Source of the DNA: Candidatus Melainabacteria bacterium 17Bon1m
GTDB lineage: Bacteria > Cyanobacteriota > Vampirovibrionia > Obscuribacterales > Obscuribacteraceae
NCBI GenBank assembly: GCA_032128875.1
Contig: JAVLKG010000002.1
Span: 512,001-576,000 of the forward strand
Direction of reading: 5' to 3'
DNA: 64,000 nt
The notes beneath the pieces were generated by a model, which saw nothing but the letters and a program-made list of their open reading frames with translations, was not told where the DNA came from and made no database searches. Positions 1 to 9,264 of the stretch are shown one piece after another; position 1 is the stretch's first letter, and every line of letters starts with the position of its first letter. Position numbers and translations under genes: made by a program.

Positions 1-2
1 GC

Positions 3-884
3 ATGCGCCTGGAGCAAACGCCACAGCCTTTTGTTGATGGGCAGGAAAAACGTTCTGCCGGCTCCGGAGTGATTATTAGAGAAGACGGCTATATTCTCAC
101 AAACAGTCACGTGGCCCGAAATGACAGTCTGATAAAGGTCACCCTTAACGACAAGCGTGAATTTCAGGGGCAGTTGGTCGGCAAGGACAATTTCACCGAT
201 CTGGCGCTCGTCAAAATCAATGCCACTGGTCTTCCAATCGCGCGGTTGGGCACCAGCAAGCACATACGACCGGGGGAGTGGGCAATAGCCATCGGTAACC
301 CCTTTGGATTCGAGCACACCGTGACGCTCGGAATTGTAAGCGCCATCGGCAGGTCTGTTGCTGATTTAAATCACCACGTCGAACTCATTCAGACAGATGC
401 GGCTATTAATCCAGGTAATTCAGGCGGACCGCTGCTTAACCTGGGTGGTGACGTAATTGGCATCAATACGGCCATTCGATATGACGCTCAAAACATAGGT
501 TTTGCAATTCCGGTCGACGTGGCCAGAGAAGTTGCGACTGGATTACTTTCTCCGTATCACGCGATAAGCAGACCGTATTTAGGGATTTACATGAGAGACC
601 TCGATCCTAAGGTGAGAGAAGCTCTTTCTATTCCCAAAGATGTCCGTGGCGTGCTTGTCCGCAAAGTGGCGGCTGGCGGACCTTCCAATCGGGCAAAGCT
701 GGCGCCCGGAGACCTCATTCAAAAGGTCAATGGAGTGCTGGTTGCCTCGTCAAAGGATATGCGCGAGATCATAAAAGCCTGCAAGCCCGGAGACGTGCTT
801 AAAGTATCGTTTACGAGGAAAGGTACTGTCTCTGAGACGGAGCTCACGGTAGGCGACTATTCCAAGGAAGTTGTCGACGATTAA
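3..884 (+). CDS. htrA: HtrA/DegP-family trypsin-like serine protease with PDZ domain (probably 5'-truncated by window edge)
   Basis: GSGVII, TNSH, DLAL and IQTDAAINPGNSGGPL motifs; C-terminal PDZ (RPYLGI...GDLIQKVNG). Confidence 0.93.
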   Translation: MRLEQTPQPFVDGQEKRSAGSGVIIREDGYILTNSHVARNDSLIKVTLNDKREFQGQLVGKDNFTDLALVKINATGLPIARLGTSKHIRPGEWAIAIGNPFGFEHTVTLGIVSAIGRSVADLNHHVELIQTDAAINPGNSGGPLLNLGGDVIGINTAIRYDAQNIGFAIPVDVAREVATGLLSPYHAISRPYLGIYMRDLDPKVREALSIPKDVRGVLVRKVAAGGPSNRAKLAPGDLIQKVNGVLVASSKDMREIIKACKPGDVLKVSFTRKGTVSETELTVGDYSKEVVDD

Positions 885-903
885 TGCTGGACGCATGAGT
901 TTT

Positions 904-1024
904 GACTTCCGAATTTGATTTCCGAATCTAATTTCCAAATCTGCCTTCCAAATCTGACTTCCGAAGCTGACCTTATGATTCGGGACTTTTGATTCTGGAC
1001 TTCTAAATCTAGAACTCCGAATTA
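904..1024. repeat. Degenerate 13-bp tandem repeat (about 9 units)
   Basis: gacttccgaattt/gatttccgaatct/aatttccaaatct/gccttccaaatct/gacttccgaagct at exact 13-bp period (904-968), then four looser 13-15 bp units. Confidence 0.8.
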
Positions 1025-1191
1025 AGGTTGCCGGTGGTATTTTCCCCAATGCGTGCCTTCTACCGCTCACATAGTATGCAGGTATCTTTTGGCGACCTTT
1101 TCCGAATCAATAACAACGTAGCTTCAGGCAAACCTGTGGCAGAGCATTCCTGCGAATTACAAGCAGCGTAAATGGCTCCTTTTGTGGAGAA

Positions 1192-2916
1192 TTGGCTTAT
1201 ATGCCCGGTGGCGATTTCAGAGATAGTGTCTTGCAAGCTTCTGCTAAAGCCGAGGCGGTCAGCGAAGATGCAACAGAGCAAAAGCCACAAAAGAGTAGTG
1301 GTGATGCCTTCTCTGACTTTGCGGCCGGCGCTTGGTCTTCGTTTAAGTATTCGCTCGTTCAGGCCCCTCTGACCGGTGCAACACAATTAATAGATAAGGC
1401 CGCCGGAACTAATTGGGAGCAAAGCACCAAACTTTTTGATAAGCCCGCACATGCCGAATTCGGGTCTGCGGGTTGGGTAGGAGAAGCCGTTGGAGGCACA
1501 GCCGGAGCCGCCTTGCCATTTATTCTCATGGCTCGCGTCGCTGGTCCAGGCGCCGCGGCAAAAATGGAACAGTCTGCAGCATACGGTATTGCCAGCAAAG
1601 AAGCTGTTTTTCCTGTACTCAAATCTATAGGGGCCGGCGTAGCCTATAACGGAATATTCACTCCTGTAGAACAGGGCGAAGATTTCCTTTCCGCTCGCGC
1701 CAGAAACATGGCAGTTGGTGGACTGACATGGGGCAGTTTGACCGCAACAAGTATCGGGTTGAAAGGGCTTGGTTTGCGTTCTTTCAACCAGACTGCAATA
1801 GCTGAAGCGCAAGGATTAGCACCAGCTGCGAAATATACCGAGGGCGTATTTGCAAATAATACAGTCCGAACCGTCTTGAAAAATGATGTATTCAATGGAG
1901 CAGCCGGTGGTATTGTCGGCGGTATCGTAGACGTCCAAGGGCGCTCTCTGCTTTCTGGTCACGGACTGGCATCTGCTGGTGATACCATGCAAGGCGCAGC
2001 AACGTTTGCGCTGGGCGGCGCCCTTATGGGCGGTACCAATATTCTCTATGAAAAGGTTCGACCCACAAGTGGCGACAAAAGATATAGAACTCTTGAAGAC
2101 ATTACAAAGGTCGCTGATTCCACGCGGGATCCAAGCGCTCCACCGCGATATTACTATGACAATCTTGCCGCGCAGGAAGGAAACGTCATGGGTGGGCGAC
2201 ACGAGCAAATGTCGGCTCTCAAAGGTATGATCGAACAAAGCCGTCTACCGCAAGGCGAACAAGGCAAAGTCTTACGAGCTCACCAAGATTTAGTGACAGG
2301 CCTAGAAGCTGTGCATGACCATGGTCCTGTCGGAGTGATGTACGGCTCTGCTCGCACCAAATCAGATACTTTTGCTTATCAAAGAGGAAGACTCACTTCG
2401 GCACTTGTTGCGAAAGAGGGCTATCCAATGATGACCGGCGGGGGACCCGGAATGATGGAAGCTGGCAATCGCGGCGCTTATGAAGCCGGTGGCCGCTCAA
2501 TCGGGGTTTCGCTGGAATTGCCGCACGAACCAATCGGCAACGGCTATCAAACAACAATTCTAAGTGCTAAGGACTTCGGTCCTCGCAAAGAAATTCTGCG
2601 CACTCACGATTTTGCTGTCGTTGAAAAAGGTGGCATCGGTTCTGTCGACGAGATGGCCGAGCTTCTTACTCACTTGCAGACAGGTATGAAGCAAAGAACT
2701 CCCGTCTACATAATGTACGAGAAGCCTTACAAGCATTTTGATAGCATGATGCGCGAGATGGAAAAACAAGGTCTCATCTCCAAGGGCGACCGCGAATTAT
2801 ATAAAATAGTCAAATCTCCATATGAGATAGCTGCAGACTTGCGTGCCAGACGAGAAGCCGGTTTGCTGCGCCCGGGAACTAACAAGCCGATGATTAGTCA
2901 ACCGATCGGTTCTTAA
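1192..2916 (+). CDS. Gly/Ala-rich N-terminal region fused to C-terminal LOG (SLOG) family nucleotide phosphoribohydrolase-like domain
   Basis: C-terminal about 200 aa: YGSAR, MTGGGPGMMEAGNRGA, LPHEP, FGPRK and KGGIGSVDE (variant of PGGxGTxxE). Confidence 0.8.
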   Translation: MAYMPGGDFRDSVLQASAKAEAVSEDATEQKPQKSSGDAFSDFAAGAWSSFKYSLVQAPLTGATQLIDKAAGTNWEQSTKLFDKPAHAEFGSAGWVGEAVGGTAGAALPFILMARVAGPGAAAKMEQSAAYGIASKEAVFPVLKSIGAGVAYNGIFTPVEQGEDFLSARARNMAVGGLTWGSLTATSIGLKGLGLRSFNQTAIAEAQGLAPAAKYTEGVFANNTVRTVLKNDVFNGAAGGIVGGIVDVQGRSLLSGHGLASAGDTMQGAATFALGGALMGGTNILYEKVRPTSGDKRYRTLEDITKVADSTRDPSAPPRYYYDNLAAQEGNVMGGRHEQMSALKGMIEQSRLPQGEQGKVLRAHQDLVTGLEAVHDHGPVGVMYGSARTKSDTFAYQRGRLTSALVAKEGYPMMTGGGPGMMEAGNRGAYEAGGRSIGVSLELPHEPIGNGYQTTILSAKDFGPRKEILRTHDFAVVEKGGIGSVDEMAELLTHLQTGMKQRTPVYIMYEKPYKHFDSMMREMEKQGLISKGDRELYKIVKSPYEIAADLRARREAGLLRPGTNKPMISQPIGS

Positions 2917-2941
2917 GACACAGATCTCAGGAAATAGAAAA

Positions 2942-3268
2942 ATGACCCTAACTCAAAAGAAATGCATTCCGTGCAACGGCGGAACGCCTCAGTTGACCTC
3001 GGCCCAGAGAGCTGAGCTTCTCAAAGAAATTAGTGGATGGAACGTTGAAGACGAAAAGAAACTGGTCAAGGCTTTCTCATTCGACGATTTCAATGGGGCC
3101 ATGAGGCTGGCTAACAAGTGTTGGGAAGTCGCTGAATCCGAGGGGCACCATCCCGATCTCTTTGTCGCCTGGGGCAAATTGAAAGTTGAAATCTGGACGC
3201 ATGCCGTTGGCGGGCTTACCGAGAGTGACTTCATTCTTGCCGCAAAGATAGACGAAGCGGCAAAGTGA
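2942..3268 (+). CDS. phhB: Pterin-4-alpha-carbinolamine dehydratase
   Basis: CIPC N-terminus, EGHHPDL, WTHAVGGLTESDFILAAKID. Confidence 0.93.
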   Translation: MTLTQKKCIPCNGGTPQLTSAQRAELLKEISGWNVEDEKKLVKAFSFDDFNGAMRLANKCWEVAESEGHHPDLFVAWGKLKVEIWTHAVGGLTESDFILAAKIDEAAK

Positions 3269-3298
3269 TTGAGCTGCAATTAGTCTATGGCATTTGCG

Positions 3299-4021
3299 CT
3301 ATGGGAAAAGTTTGTAGCAGAGTGCTGACAACCCAAACAACACAAATATGATCGCCCATATCCATTGTGGCGAAGCGGCTCCGCTTCCCTTCATCTCTTT
3401 GGAGCGTGAAGAGTTTCGCATCGCCTGTGATGTGCCGGTCTGTTTTTGCGCTGCTACCGAATCTTCGGAGGACGCTGCAGCAGCCGCTGCAGGCGCCGTT
3501 TTGCCCCCACCTTTTGCAGAACTTATGATAGCTGCTACATCGTCATCTTCATCGTCATCAGACAGAGCCGCTGCAAGACCAGGAGGTATCGCATCTTTTG
3601 CCGGCTCTTTTGCAGCCGGAGCGGCTGCCGCTGGCGCTGCATGAAGCTGTTCTGCTTTCAGCACGACTCTTTTGACTACATCGGGAAGCTGATCTTTCCA
3701 CGTTTGTGAATCGAGGAAGTCCGTCGCGCCTAATTGCATGGAAGTTTTTATCAAACCGCCATCAAGCGTTTCATTGCTCACCAAAAACTGAATTTTTGGA
3801 TGCTGTTCTCTTAAGTCTCCCAGCATGGTCAGCGCCTTCATGGGCTCCGGCGCCAACTCAATCCAAACCAGTTTTGGAGAAAGCGCGGTGATTTGTTTCG
3901 CCGCACTTTGACGATTCACTGTACCTATGAGTCGCAGCTCTTTGTGAGCTCCGATCAATGCCTCAATTTGCTTGGCCTTGTCTTCTCCTGCCTCGCAAAT
4001 GATCAATGTAGGTAACGACAC
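3299..4021 (-). CDS. Atypical receiver-like domain (CpaE/TadZ N-terminal-like), Ala-rich linker and C-terminal TM helix
   Basis: Receiver-fold pattern (LIICE, PKLVWIEL, MQLGATDFL) with Glu at the phospho-Asp position; hydrophobic C-terminus WIWAIIFVLFGLSAL. Confidence 0.6.
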   Translation of the reverse strand: MSLPTLIICEAGEDKAKQIEALIGAHKELRLIGTVNRQSAAKQITALSPKLVWIELAPEPMKALTMLGDLREQHPKIQFLVSNETLDGGLIKTSMQLGATDFLDSQTWKDQLPDVVKRVVLKAEQLHAAPAAAAPAAKEPAKDAIPPGLAAALSDDDEDDDVAAIISSAKGGGKTAPAAAAAASSEDSVAAQKQTGTSQAMRNSSRSKEMKGSGAASPQWIWAIIFVLFGLSALCYKLFP

Positions 4022-4042
4022 TATCTACCTCGAATCTAGTTA

Positions 4043-6523
4043 TTACGTTAGAGAGAAACCACTTAGGACTCCGCTTGTTTCCATGATTTTGCGGCGCACA
4101 TCTTCGGCCCCGATCGAGCCTAGTTCAAGGTCTTTGAAAATGCACAGCAGTTGCATGGAAGTCATCAAGCAAAGATTTTTCTTCTTGGCGAACTCAGCCA
4201 GCGCGTCAGTGAAATCGGGCTCAGTTCTTTCGCTTGGCGGTCTATTCGACCAGGTGCAAGCAACCAACAAGCCTTTTGGTTCACTTTCATGCTCGCCCCA
4301 GTAATTGATTACCGACTCACCGAGGAGAGCCAAGTCAGTACGCTTCGCTTGCGCATTGCTCTTCACTACGTGAGTGAGAACGTCTGCTTTTTCCCCGAGG
4401 TTCAACCACAATTCATTGGCATTGTTCGGTGAAACTGTCGCTGTCCAGCCGATTTTGCCGAATGCCTTCTGGCAAGCGGAAACCAGACCTGTTCCATCAG
4501 CCGACAAAAGCGAATTCTTAACGCCGTCAAGAAGGGAGATTCTCGATTCGATGGTGCTAATGCGATTTTGAATCTGACGAATTTGCTCGTTGAGATCGTT
4601 TCTCTCAGACTTGAGTTCATTCAGCCCAGGAAAGGAATACTGCAAGCACCAATCTGGTGCTCCGACTGCGGTGTTTTCTTCCAATTGTGTCGTCATTGTC
4701 CTTGCCTGTGATGAGAGTGGAGATTCAACTGGAGTTTCCGGCTTGGGCGGCGGAGGAGGAGCTGGTGGAGGTGGTGGCGGCGGAGGTGGCGGCGGCGGTG
4801 GCGGCTCCGGTTCCCTAGGGGGCGGAGGTGGTGGCGGCGGCGGTGCCTCGAACCTAATAGGCTCCGGCTCTATGACCGGTGGCGGCGGCGGAGGAAGCGG
4901 TGGTGGTGGTGGCGGTGGTGGAGGAGGCGGAGGAGGCGGCGGCGGCGGTGGTGGCAGAGGCGGTGCTTCCGGCTCGTCCATTTGCGTCAACGAATCGCCC
5001 AACGTGATTGGAGCATGCGTTCCGGTCGAAGTAGTCTCCGACGGCTCTTCTTCACGTGGTGCCTGTGGTTGTGTCGCTTGTCCCGAGACTTTGAGTGACT
5101 CGAGTTGGGCCATCAAACTGTTTGCTTTGCCAGTAGCGTCCAACGCTTCTACCGGCGTGGGCGGAGGAGGAGGCGGAGGAGGTGGGGGTGGTGGTAGCGG
5201 CTCCGGGATGGGCGGAGGAGGAGGTGGAGGAGGAGGTGGAGGAGGAGGAGGAGGTGGTGGTGGTGGCGGCGGTGGTGGTGGCGGAGGTGGTGGCGGCGGC
5301 GCCGGAGGTTCTGGTTCCGGTCCACTTAAAAGCGCTCCAAGAGATGCCTTCACAGGCGCTTCCGTTTTTGCAGCCTCTGCCTTAACCGAGTTAAGAATGT
5401 CTTCAGCGCTCATTGCCGCAGAGTTCGCAGTTAAATCGATTGTTTCCGGAGACAAGCTTTCTATGCTTGTTGCAGGTAATTTGTCGTAGGTCGCCATCGG
5501 TGAATTGTATTCGCCCGACGTCAGAGTCAGAGGCGGCACTGAAGATGCTACAGGAGTCGGTTCTGGTAAAGTTGCCGTGCTCGATTCTGCAGATTTTTGC
5601 GCCAACATAGCACCCAAGCCTGAGCCGCCTGCTGGAGCGGGTGCAGGTTCTTGAATTTGTGGGCTTTCCAACCTTGGCAGTTGAGTGCTCGAGGTACTTG
5701 CTTTGTTGGCGACAAATTTGTGAGGATCCGGCGCCGTTGCTTGTGCTTGATGTTCGACCGAAGCTGCAACCAGAGCTGCTGTTTCGTCTTTGACGTACTG
5801 GGATATGTCCTCACCTTCACGCTTGGAATACCAGAGGTTCAAGCAGTGAATTAGAGTCCGGTCGAAATCCGGCGAATAAGGAGCGGGCAAGAAAATGATC
5901 CTTCCGCCCTTGTCTCCGGCATATAAATGTGCGGAGATGCATTTCTTCGGACCGGCAGTTGCAAGAACGTTGTAGCCTTCCGTCAAGAAATCGGTGCGTA
6001 TTATGGTGCTCCACTCCACGCCCGGTTGTGCAAGATATGAAGCGAATTCCGATTCATTGCCTTCATCGGTCAATTCCACGTTTCGACCGTGAGAGACGGC
6101 ACTCATATGCCTGGTGTTTCTTTCAGTCGATTTATCTGGTGCCAGACTGAGCAGCCAGACATAGTTGTCCATCGCTGTAGTCTTTCCTTGAATAAGGAAT
6201 GGGCGGGCTAAGAAATAAACCAGAATGCCGCCCTTTTCGAGAAACTTCACCAGTTGCTCGGTGCGGCTGTTAATTTCGTCTGAGATCGCTTCCAGCAGCG
6301 CGTCATTGGTGGTGTTGACCGAAGTCAGTCCTTCAGTCTGCGCGCTTTCGACCTGCCGAACCATGTCCGGGTCACGATCGAAAAGGTGCAGCGTGCTCAC
6401 CGGATTGACGATGATCGCCGTGTAGTAATCGAGTGGTTTGGCGCGCCCGGACGTGAGGAAAGACTCTTCGCCGAAGCCAGGGCAATTCAGCCTGAGAATC
6501 CTATCCTTCTCAATGGATTTCAT
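4043..6523 (-). CDS. Large poly-proline-linker protein with globular N-terminal domain, coiled coil and alpha/beta C-terminal domain
   Basis: 826-aa ORF with several poly-Pro tracts; heptad coiled coil LNELKSERNDLNEQIRQIQNRISTIESRISLL. Confidence 0.8.
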   Translation of the reverse strand: MKSIEKDRILRLNCPGFGEESFLTSGRAKPLDYYTAIIVNPVSTLHLFDRDPDMVRQVESAQTEGLTSVNTTNDALLEAISDEINSRTEQLVKFLEKGGILVYFLARPFLIQGKTTAMDNYVWLLSLAPDKSTERNTRHMSAVSHGRNVELTDEGNESEFASYLAQPGVEWSTIIRTDFLTEGYNVLATAGPKKCISAHLYAGDKGGRIIFLPAPYSPDFDRTLIHCLNLWYSKREGEDISQYVKDETAALVAASVEHQAQATAPDPHKFVANKASTSSTQLPRLESPQIQEPAPAPAGGSGLGAMLAQKSAESSTATLPEPTPVASSVPPLTLTSGEYNSPMATYDKLPATSIESLSPETIDLTANSAAMSAEDILNSVKAEAAKTEAPVKASLGALLSGPEPEPPAPPPPPPPPPPPPPPPPPPPPPPPPPPPPPPIPEPLPPPPPPPPPPPPTPVEALDATGKANSLMAQLESLKVSGQATQPQAPREEEPSETTSTGTHAPITLGDSLTQMDEPEAPPLPPPPPPPPPPPPPPPPPPPLPPPPPPVIEPEPIRFEAPPPPPPPPPREPEPPPPPPPPPPPPPPAPPPPPKPETPVESPLSSQARTMTTQLEENTAVGAPDWCLQYSFPGLNELKSERNDLNEQIRQIQNRISTIESRISLLDGVKNSLLSADGTGLVSACQKAFGKIGWTATVSPNNANELWLNLGEKADVLTHVVKSNAQAKRTDLALLGESVINYWGEHESEPKGLLVACTWSNRPPSERTEPDFTDALAEFAKKKNLCLMTSMQLLCIFKDLELGSIGAEDVRRKIMETSGVLSGFSLT
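4742..5308 (-). repeat. CCN trinucleotide tracts encoding poly-proline
   Basis: GGN runs on + strand; longest is 30 consecutive Pro codons at 5210-5299. Confidence 0.9.
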
Positions 6524-6650
6524 TATTGGTACCTTTCAAGAATCTTCTCAAGAGACTTTTCACCGCTTACTCGATTCGTTATACCCACTAATTAAAAAGC
6601 GATCAAAGTCATATCGTTGCCAAGCATGACCGTCGCAGCTTTTCTTAATG

Positions 6651-7346
6651 TCAAGCCAAACTTCTTGGTGCAATGAGCTCCTCAAGTTCGACTTCATCCA
6701 TGCTGTTCAGGACCAGGTCAGCGTGTGCAAAATCCTGGTGCCTAGTAGCCTGGCACGGAATAGCAATGCACATCATACCCGCTGCCTTAGCCGCACAAAC
6801 CCCATTGAATGTATCTTCGATTACCAGACACTCGGAGGGTTGGACGCCCAGTCTTTGAGCCGCCAAAAGGAAAACATCGGGCGCCGGCTTGCCGTTTGGA
6901 ACTTCGTCACCGGAGCAGAGGTGTCCGAAGTACTTGCGCGTGCCTGTGATTTCTACAACAAGCTCGATCGTCGGCATCGTCGCAGAGGAGGCAATTACGC
7001 GTGGAACGTTCAATCTGTGAGCATTCTCCAGCGTTTTAAGCACGCCAGGTTGGATTGTGAGTTGCTCCACGAAGAGTTTGTGAAGCATCTCTTCCTTCTT
7101 TGCGACAAACTCAAGCGGGGTCATCTCGAGTTTATGTCGCTCGAGTAAATGTTTTGCACAATCCACGTCTTTCATACCGAGGAATTTGTGGTTGTCTTCT
7201 TCAAGAAACGTCAGTCCAAAATTGGCAAGAAATCGCTGATAAGCGAGCAAATGTAATGGCTCTGAATCAATGAGTACTCCGTCCATATCAAAGACGATTG
7301 CGCGTACGCCCTTAATAGTCGATTTGCCATTGGGTATCGAAGACAT
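6651..7346 (-). CDS. HAD-superfamily phosphatase (beta-PGM/CbbY-like)
   Basis: FDMDGVLIDSE motif I, IASS motif II, KPAPD and IEDT..G motifs. Confidence 0.92.
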   Translation of the reverse strand: MSSIPNGKSTIKGVRAIVFDMDGVLIDSEPLHLLAYQRFLANFGLTFLEEDNHKFLGMKDVDCAKHLLERHKLEMTPLEFVAKKEEMLHKLFVEQLTIQPGVLKTLENAHRLNVPRVIASSATMPTIELVVEITGTRKYFGHLCSGDEVPNGKPAPDVFLLAAQRLGVQPSECLVIEDTFNGVCAAKAAGMMCIAIPCQATRHQDFAHADLVLNSMDEVELEELIAPRSLA

Positions 7347-7380
7347 TGATGTTTCCTCTTGATTGACGCAAATATATCAA

Positions 7381-7410
7381 ATGGGGACGGTTTGTATATC
7401 CCGTCCCCAT
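7381..7410 (-). terminator. Probable intrinsic terminator hairpin
   Basis: Perfect 10-bp inverted repeat atggggacgg/ccgtccccat; T-rich tail on minus strand, downstream of the 7475-7870 gene. Confidence 0.55.
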
Positions 7411-7474
7411 CGTCTAATTTCTTGCTTTTGTTCGCTTGTAAAACTTAATTCGACTGGTGCGAATCAGTTAGAGC

Positions 7475-7870
7475 TTAGTGCGAATCGAGCTCGTCACCCA
7501 TGCTGTAGGTTTCGAGGCTGAAGGGTTTTTCCCAACCGTGGTTGATGGAGTTTCTGCCGCCGGAGTACATGCCTTCTGCGGTTCCAACTACCATTCCGAA
7601 CGGGACGCCCATGAGAGAAGCCATGCCCAACGGAATCATGTGCTCTTTGCCACCGATGTTATCGGCGAACTTTTCTGAGAATTCAACACTACGGGAGCCT
7701 GTGCGGCGCACGATAGCTACCGGAATTCCCACAACCATGCCGGTGCCGATGGCAGCCATGCGTACAGGCAACATGAGAGTTTGCTTCGCCATGGACCCTT
7801 CACTTTCTGCAAAAGCAGGAGTATTAAGGGTGAGGGCGAGAAGCGCCAAAAGTCCGATCTTCTTAATCAC
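7475..7870 (-). CDS. Exported/membrane hypothetical protein
   Basis: Signal peptide MIKKIGLLALLALTLNTPAFA; GGAGG RBS upstream; two Gly-rich hydrophobic segments. Confidence 0.75.
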   Translation of the reverse strand: MIKKIGLLALLALTLNTPAFAESEGSMAKQTLMLPVRMAAIGTGMVVGIPVAIVRRTGSRSVEFSEKFADNIGGKEHMIPLGMASLMGVPFGMVVGTAEGMYSGGRNSINHGWEKPFSLETYSMGDELDSH

Positions 7871-8076
7871 AACGTATCCTCCAAAGCTGGCCGTTGCGGG
7901 GTTTCCGCAGTTTGCTCCCGACTCCCTTCTAATGTGACTCTTGGTAACTAGGGGTCATAGTAAGCGTAAGACGAAGTCATAATAACACCGTCTTAGTACA
8001 GACTCTGTTGGTGTACTGTAAAATCATGCCCGGCTGCAAAGGGCGCCGGACGGCTAAAGTAAGCCTTGTTTTTTAC

Positions 8077-9264
8077 ATGAGCAATTCAAATTCCACTTAT
8101 CACCGCAAGGGCTTCGGCCTCAAAGACGAGATTCACGGCGAGCTCAAGGCTGCCTACGAATCGGCTTTGATTGCTGAGCTGAGAGAAAATAACAACACTC
8201 TGGTCCGTTACGGCTTAACCATCAAGCTCGCTTCGGCGTTCGGATTTTGCTGGGGCGTCGACCGAGCCGTTTCGATGGCTTACGAGACCCGCCGTCATTT
8301 CCCGGACAAACGCATCTGGATTACAAACGAGATCATTCACAACCCGGTAGTCAATCAAAATCTTCGCGAGATGCAAATCGATTTCGTTGAGGTCAAATCT
8401 GACGGGACCAAAGACTTCTCCCATGTGAAAGAAGGCGAAGTTGTTATTTTGCCTGCTTTCGGTGCATCCGTAGAAGAGATGGATTTGCTCGAATCGAAAA
8501 AATGCGAAATCGTTGACACCACCTGCCCGTGGGTATCAAGGGTGTGGAATCGAGTCGCTAAGTACGAGCAAGGAGAATTTACTGCGATTATTCACGGTAA
8601 ATACAATCACGAAGAAACAATCGCGACTTCATCGAGAGCCCGTCACTATCTGATTGTTCAAAACATGTCCGAAGCCAATTGGGTGGCTGAATATATTTTG
8701 AATGGCGGCAAGAAAGAAGAATTCCTCGAGCGGTTTAAATCGGCTCATTCTAAAGAATTCGATCCTGACGAGCGCCTGGTGAGAATTGGCGTAGCCAACC
8801 AAACCACAATGCTCAAGGGCGAAACAGAACAAATCGGCAAACTGTTTGAGCGCACGATGCTCTCAAAGTACGGTCCGGAGCAATTGGACAAACATTTCTT
8901 GAGCCCCGGCGACACCATATGTGATGCCACGCAAGAGCGGCAGGATGCCATGCTCAATCTCATTGAAGAGAAACTTGATTTAGTTCTCGTGATTGGCGGC
9001 TTCAATTCCTCGAATACCGGCCATTTGCATGAAATAGCCGATCACAGAAAAATCCGTTCGTATCATATTGATGGACCCTCTTGCATAGGACCCGGCAATC
9101 AGATTAAGCACAAGCCGCAAAATTCAGTCGAATGCATAGTAGAGAACAATTGGCTTCCGGATGGCGATCTGACTATAGGAGTTACTGCTGGCGCATCTAC
9201 TCCTGACCAGGTTGTAGCGGAAGTTTTAGAAGCAGTATTTGCGATGCGCGGAGGCGCGAAGTGA
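8077..9264 (+). CDS. ispH: 4-hydroxy-3-methylbut-2-enyl diphosphate reductase (long cyanobacterial/plant-type)
   Basis: [38 protein letters not shown] and TAGASTPD; start set to ATG 8077 (ORF open from 8008). Confidence 0.97.
   Translation: MSNSNSTYHRKGFGLKDEIHGELKAAYESALIAELRENNNTLVRYGLTIKLASAFGFCWGVDRAVSMAYETRRHFPDKRIWITNEIIHNPVVNQNLREMQIDFVEVKSDGTKDFSHVKEGEVVILPAFGASVEEMDLLESKKCEIVDTTCPWVSRVWNRVAKYEQGEFTAIIHGKYNHEETIATSSRARHYLIVQNMSEANWVAEYILNGGKKEEFLERFKSAHSKEFDPDERLVRIGVANQTTMLKGETEQIGKLFERTMLSKYGPEQLDKHFLSPGDTICDATQERQDAMLNLIEEKLDLVLVIGGFNSSNTGHLHEIADHRKIRSYHIDGPSCIGPGNQIKHKPQNSVECIVENNWLPDGDLTIGVTAGASTPDQVVAEVLEAVFAMRGGAK

Noticed and set aside
904-1024. CRISPR array or oriC 13-mers
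   Set aside because: Units are contiguous with no spacers, there are no cas genes, and I saw no DnaA-box cluster or dnaA nearby
750-1070. 106-aa minus-strand ORF over the repeat
   Set aside because: Overlaps the htrA 3' end antisense, the 13-bp period is incompatible with a coding repeat, and it has no recognisable motif
4590-5489. 299-aa glycine-rich ORF on + strand
   Set aside because: Antisense shadow of the poly-Pro tracts of the 826-aa gene
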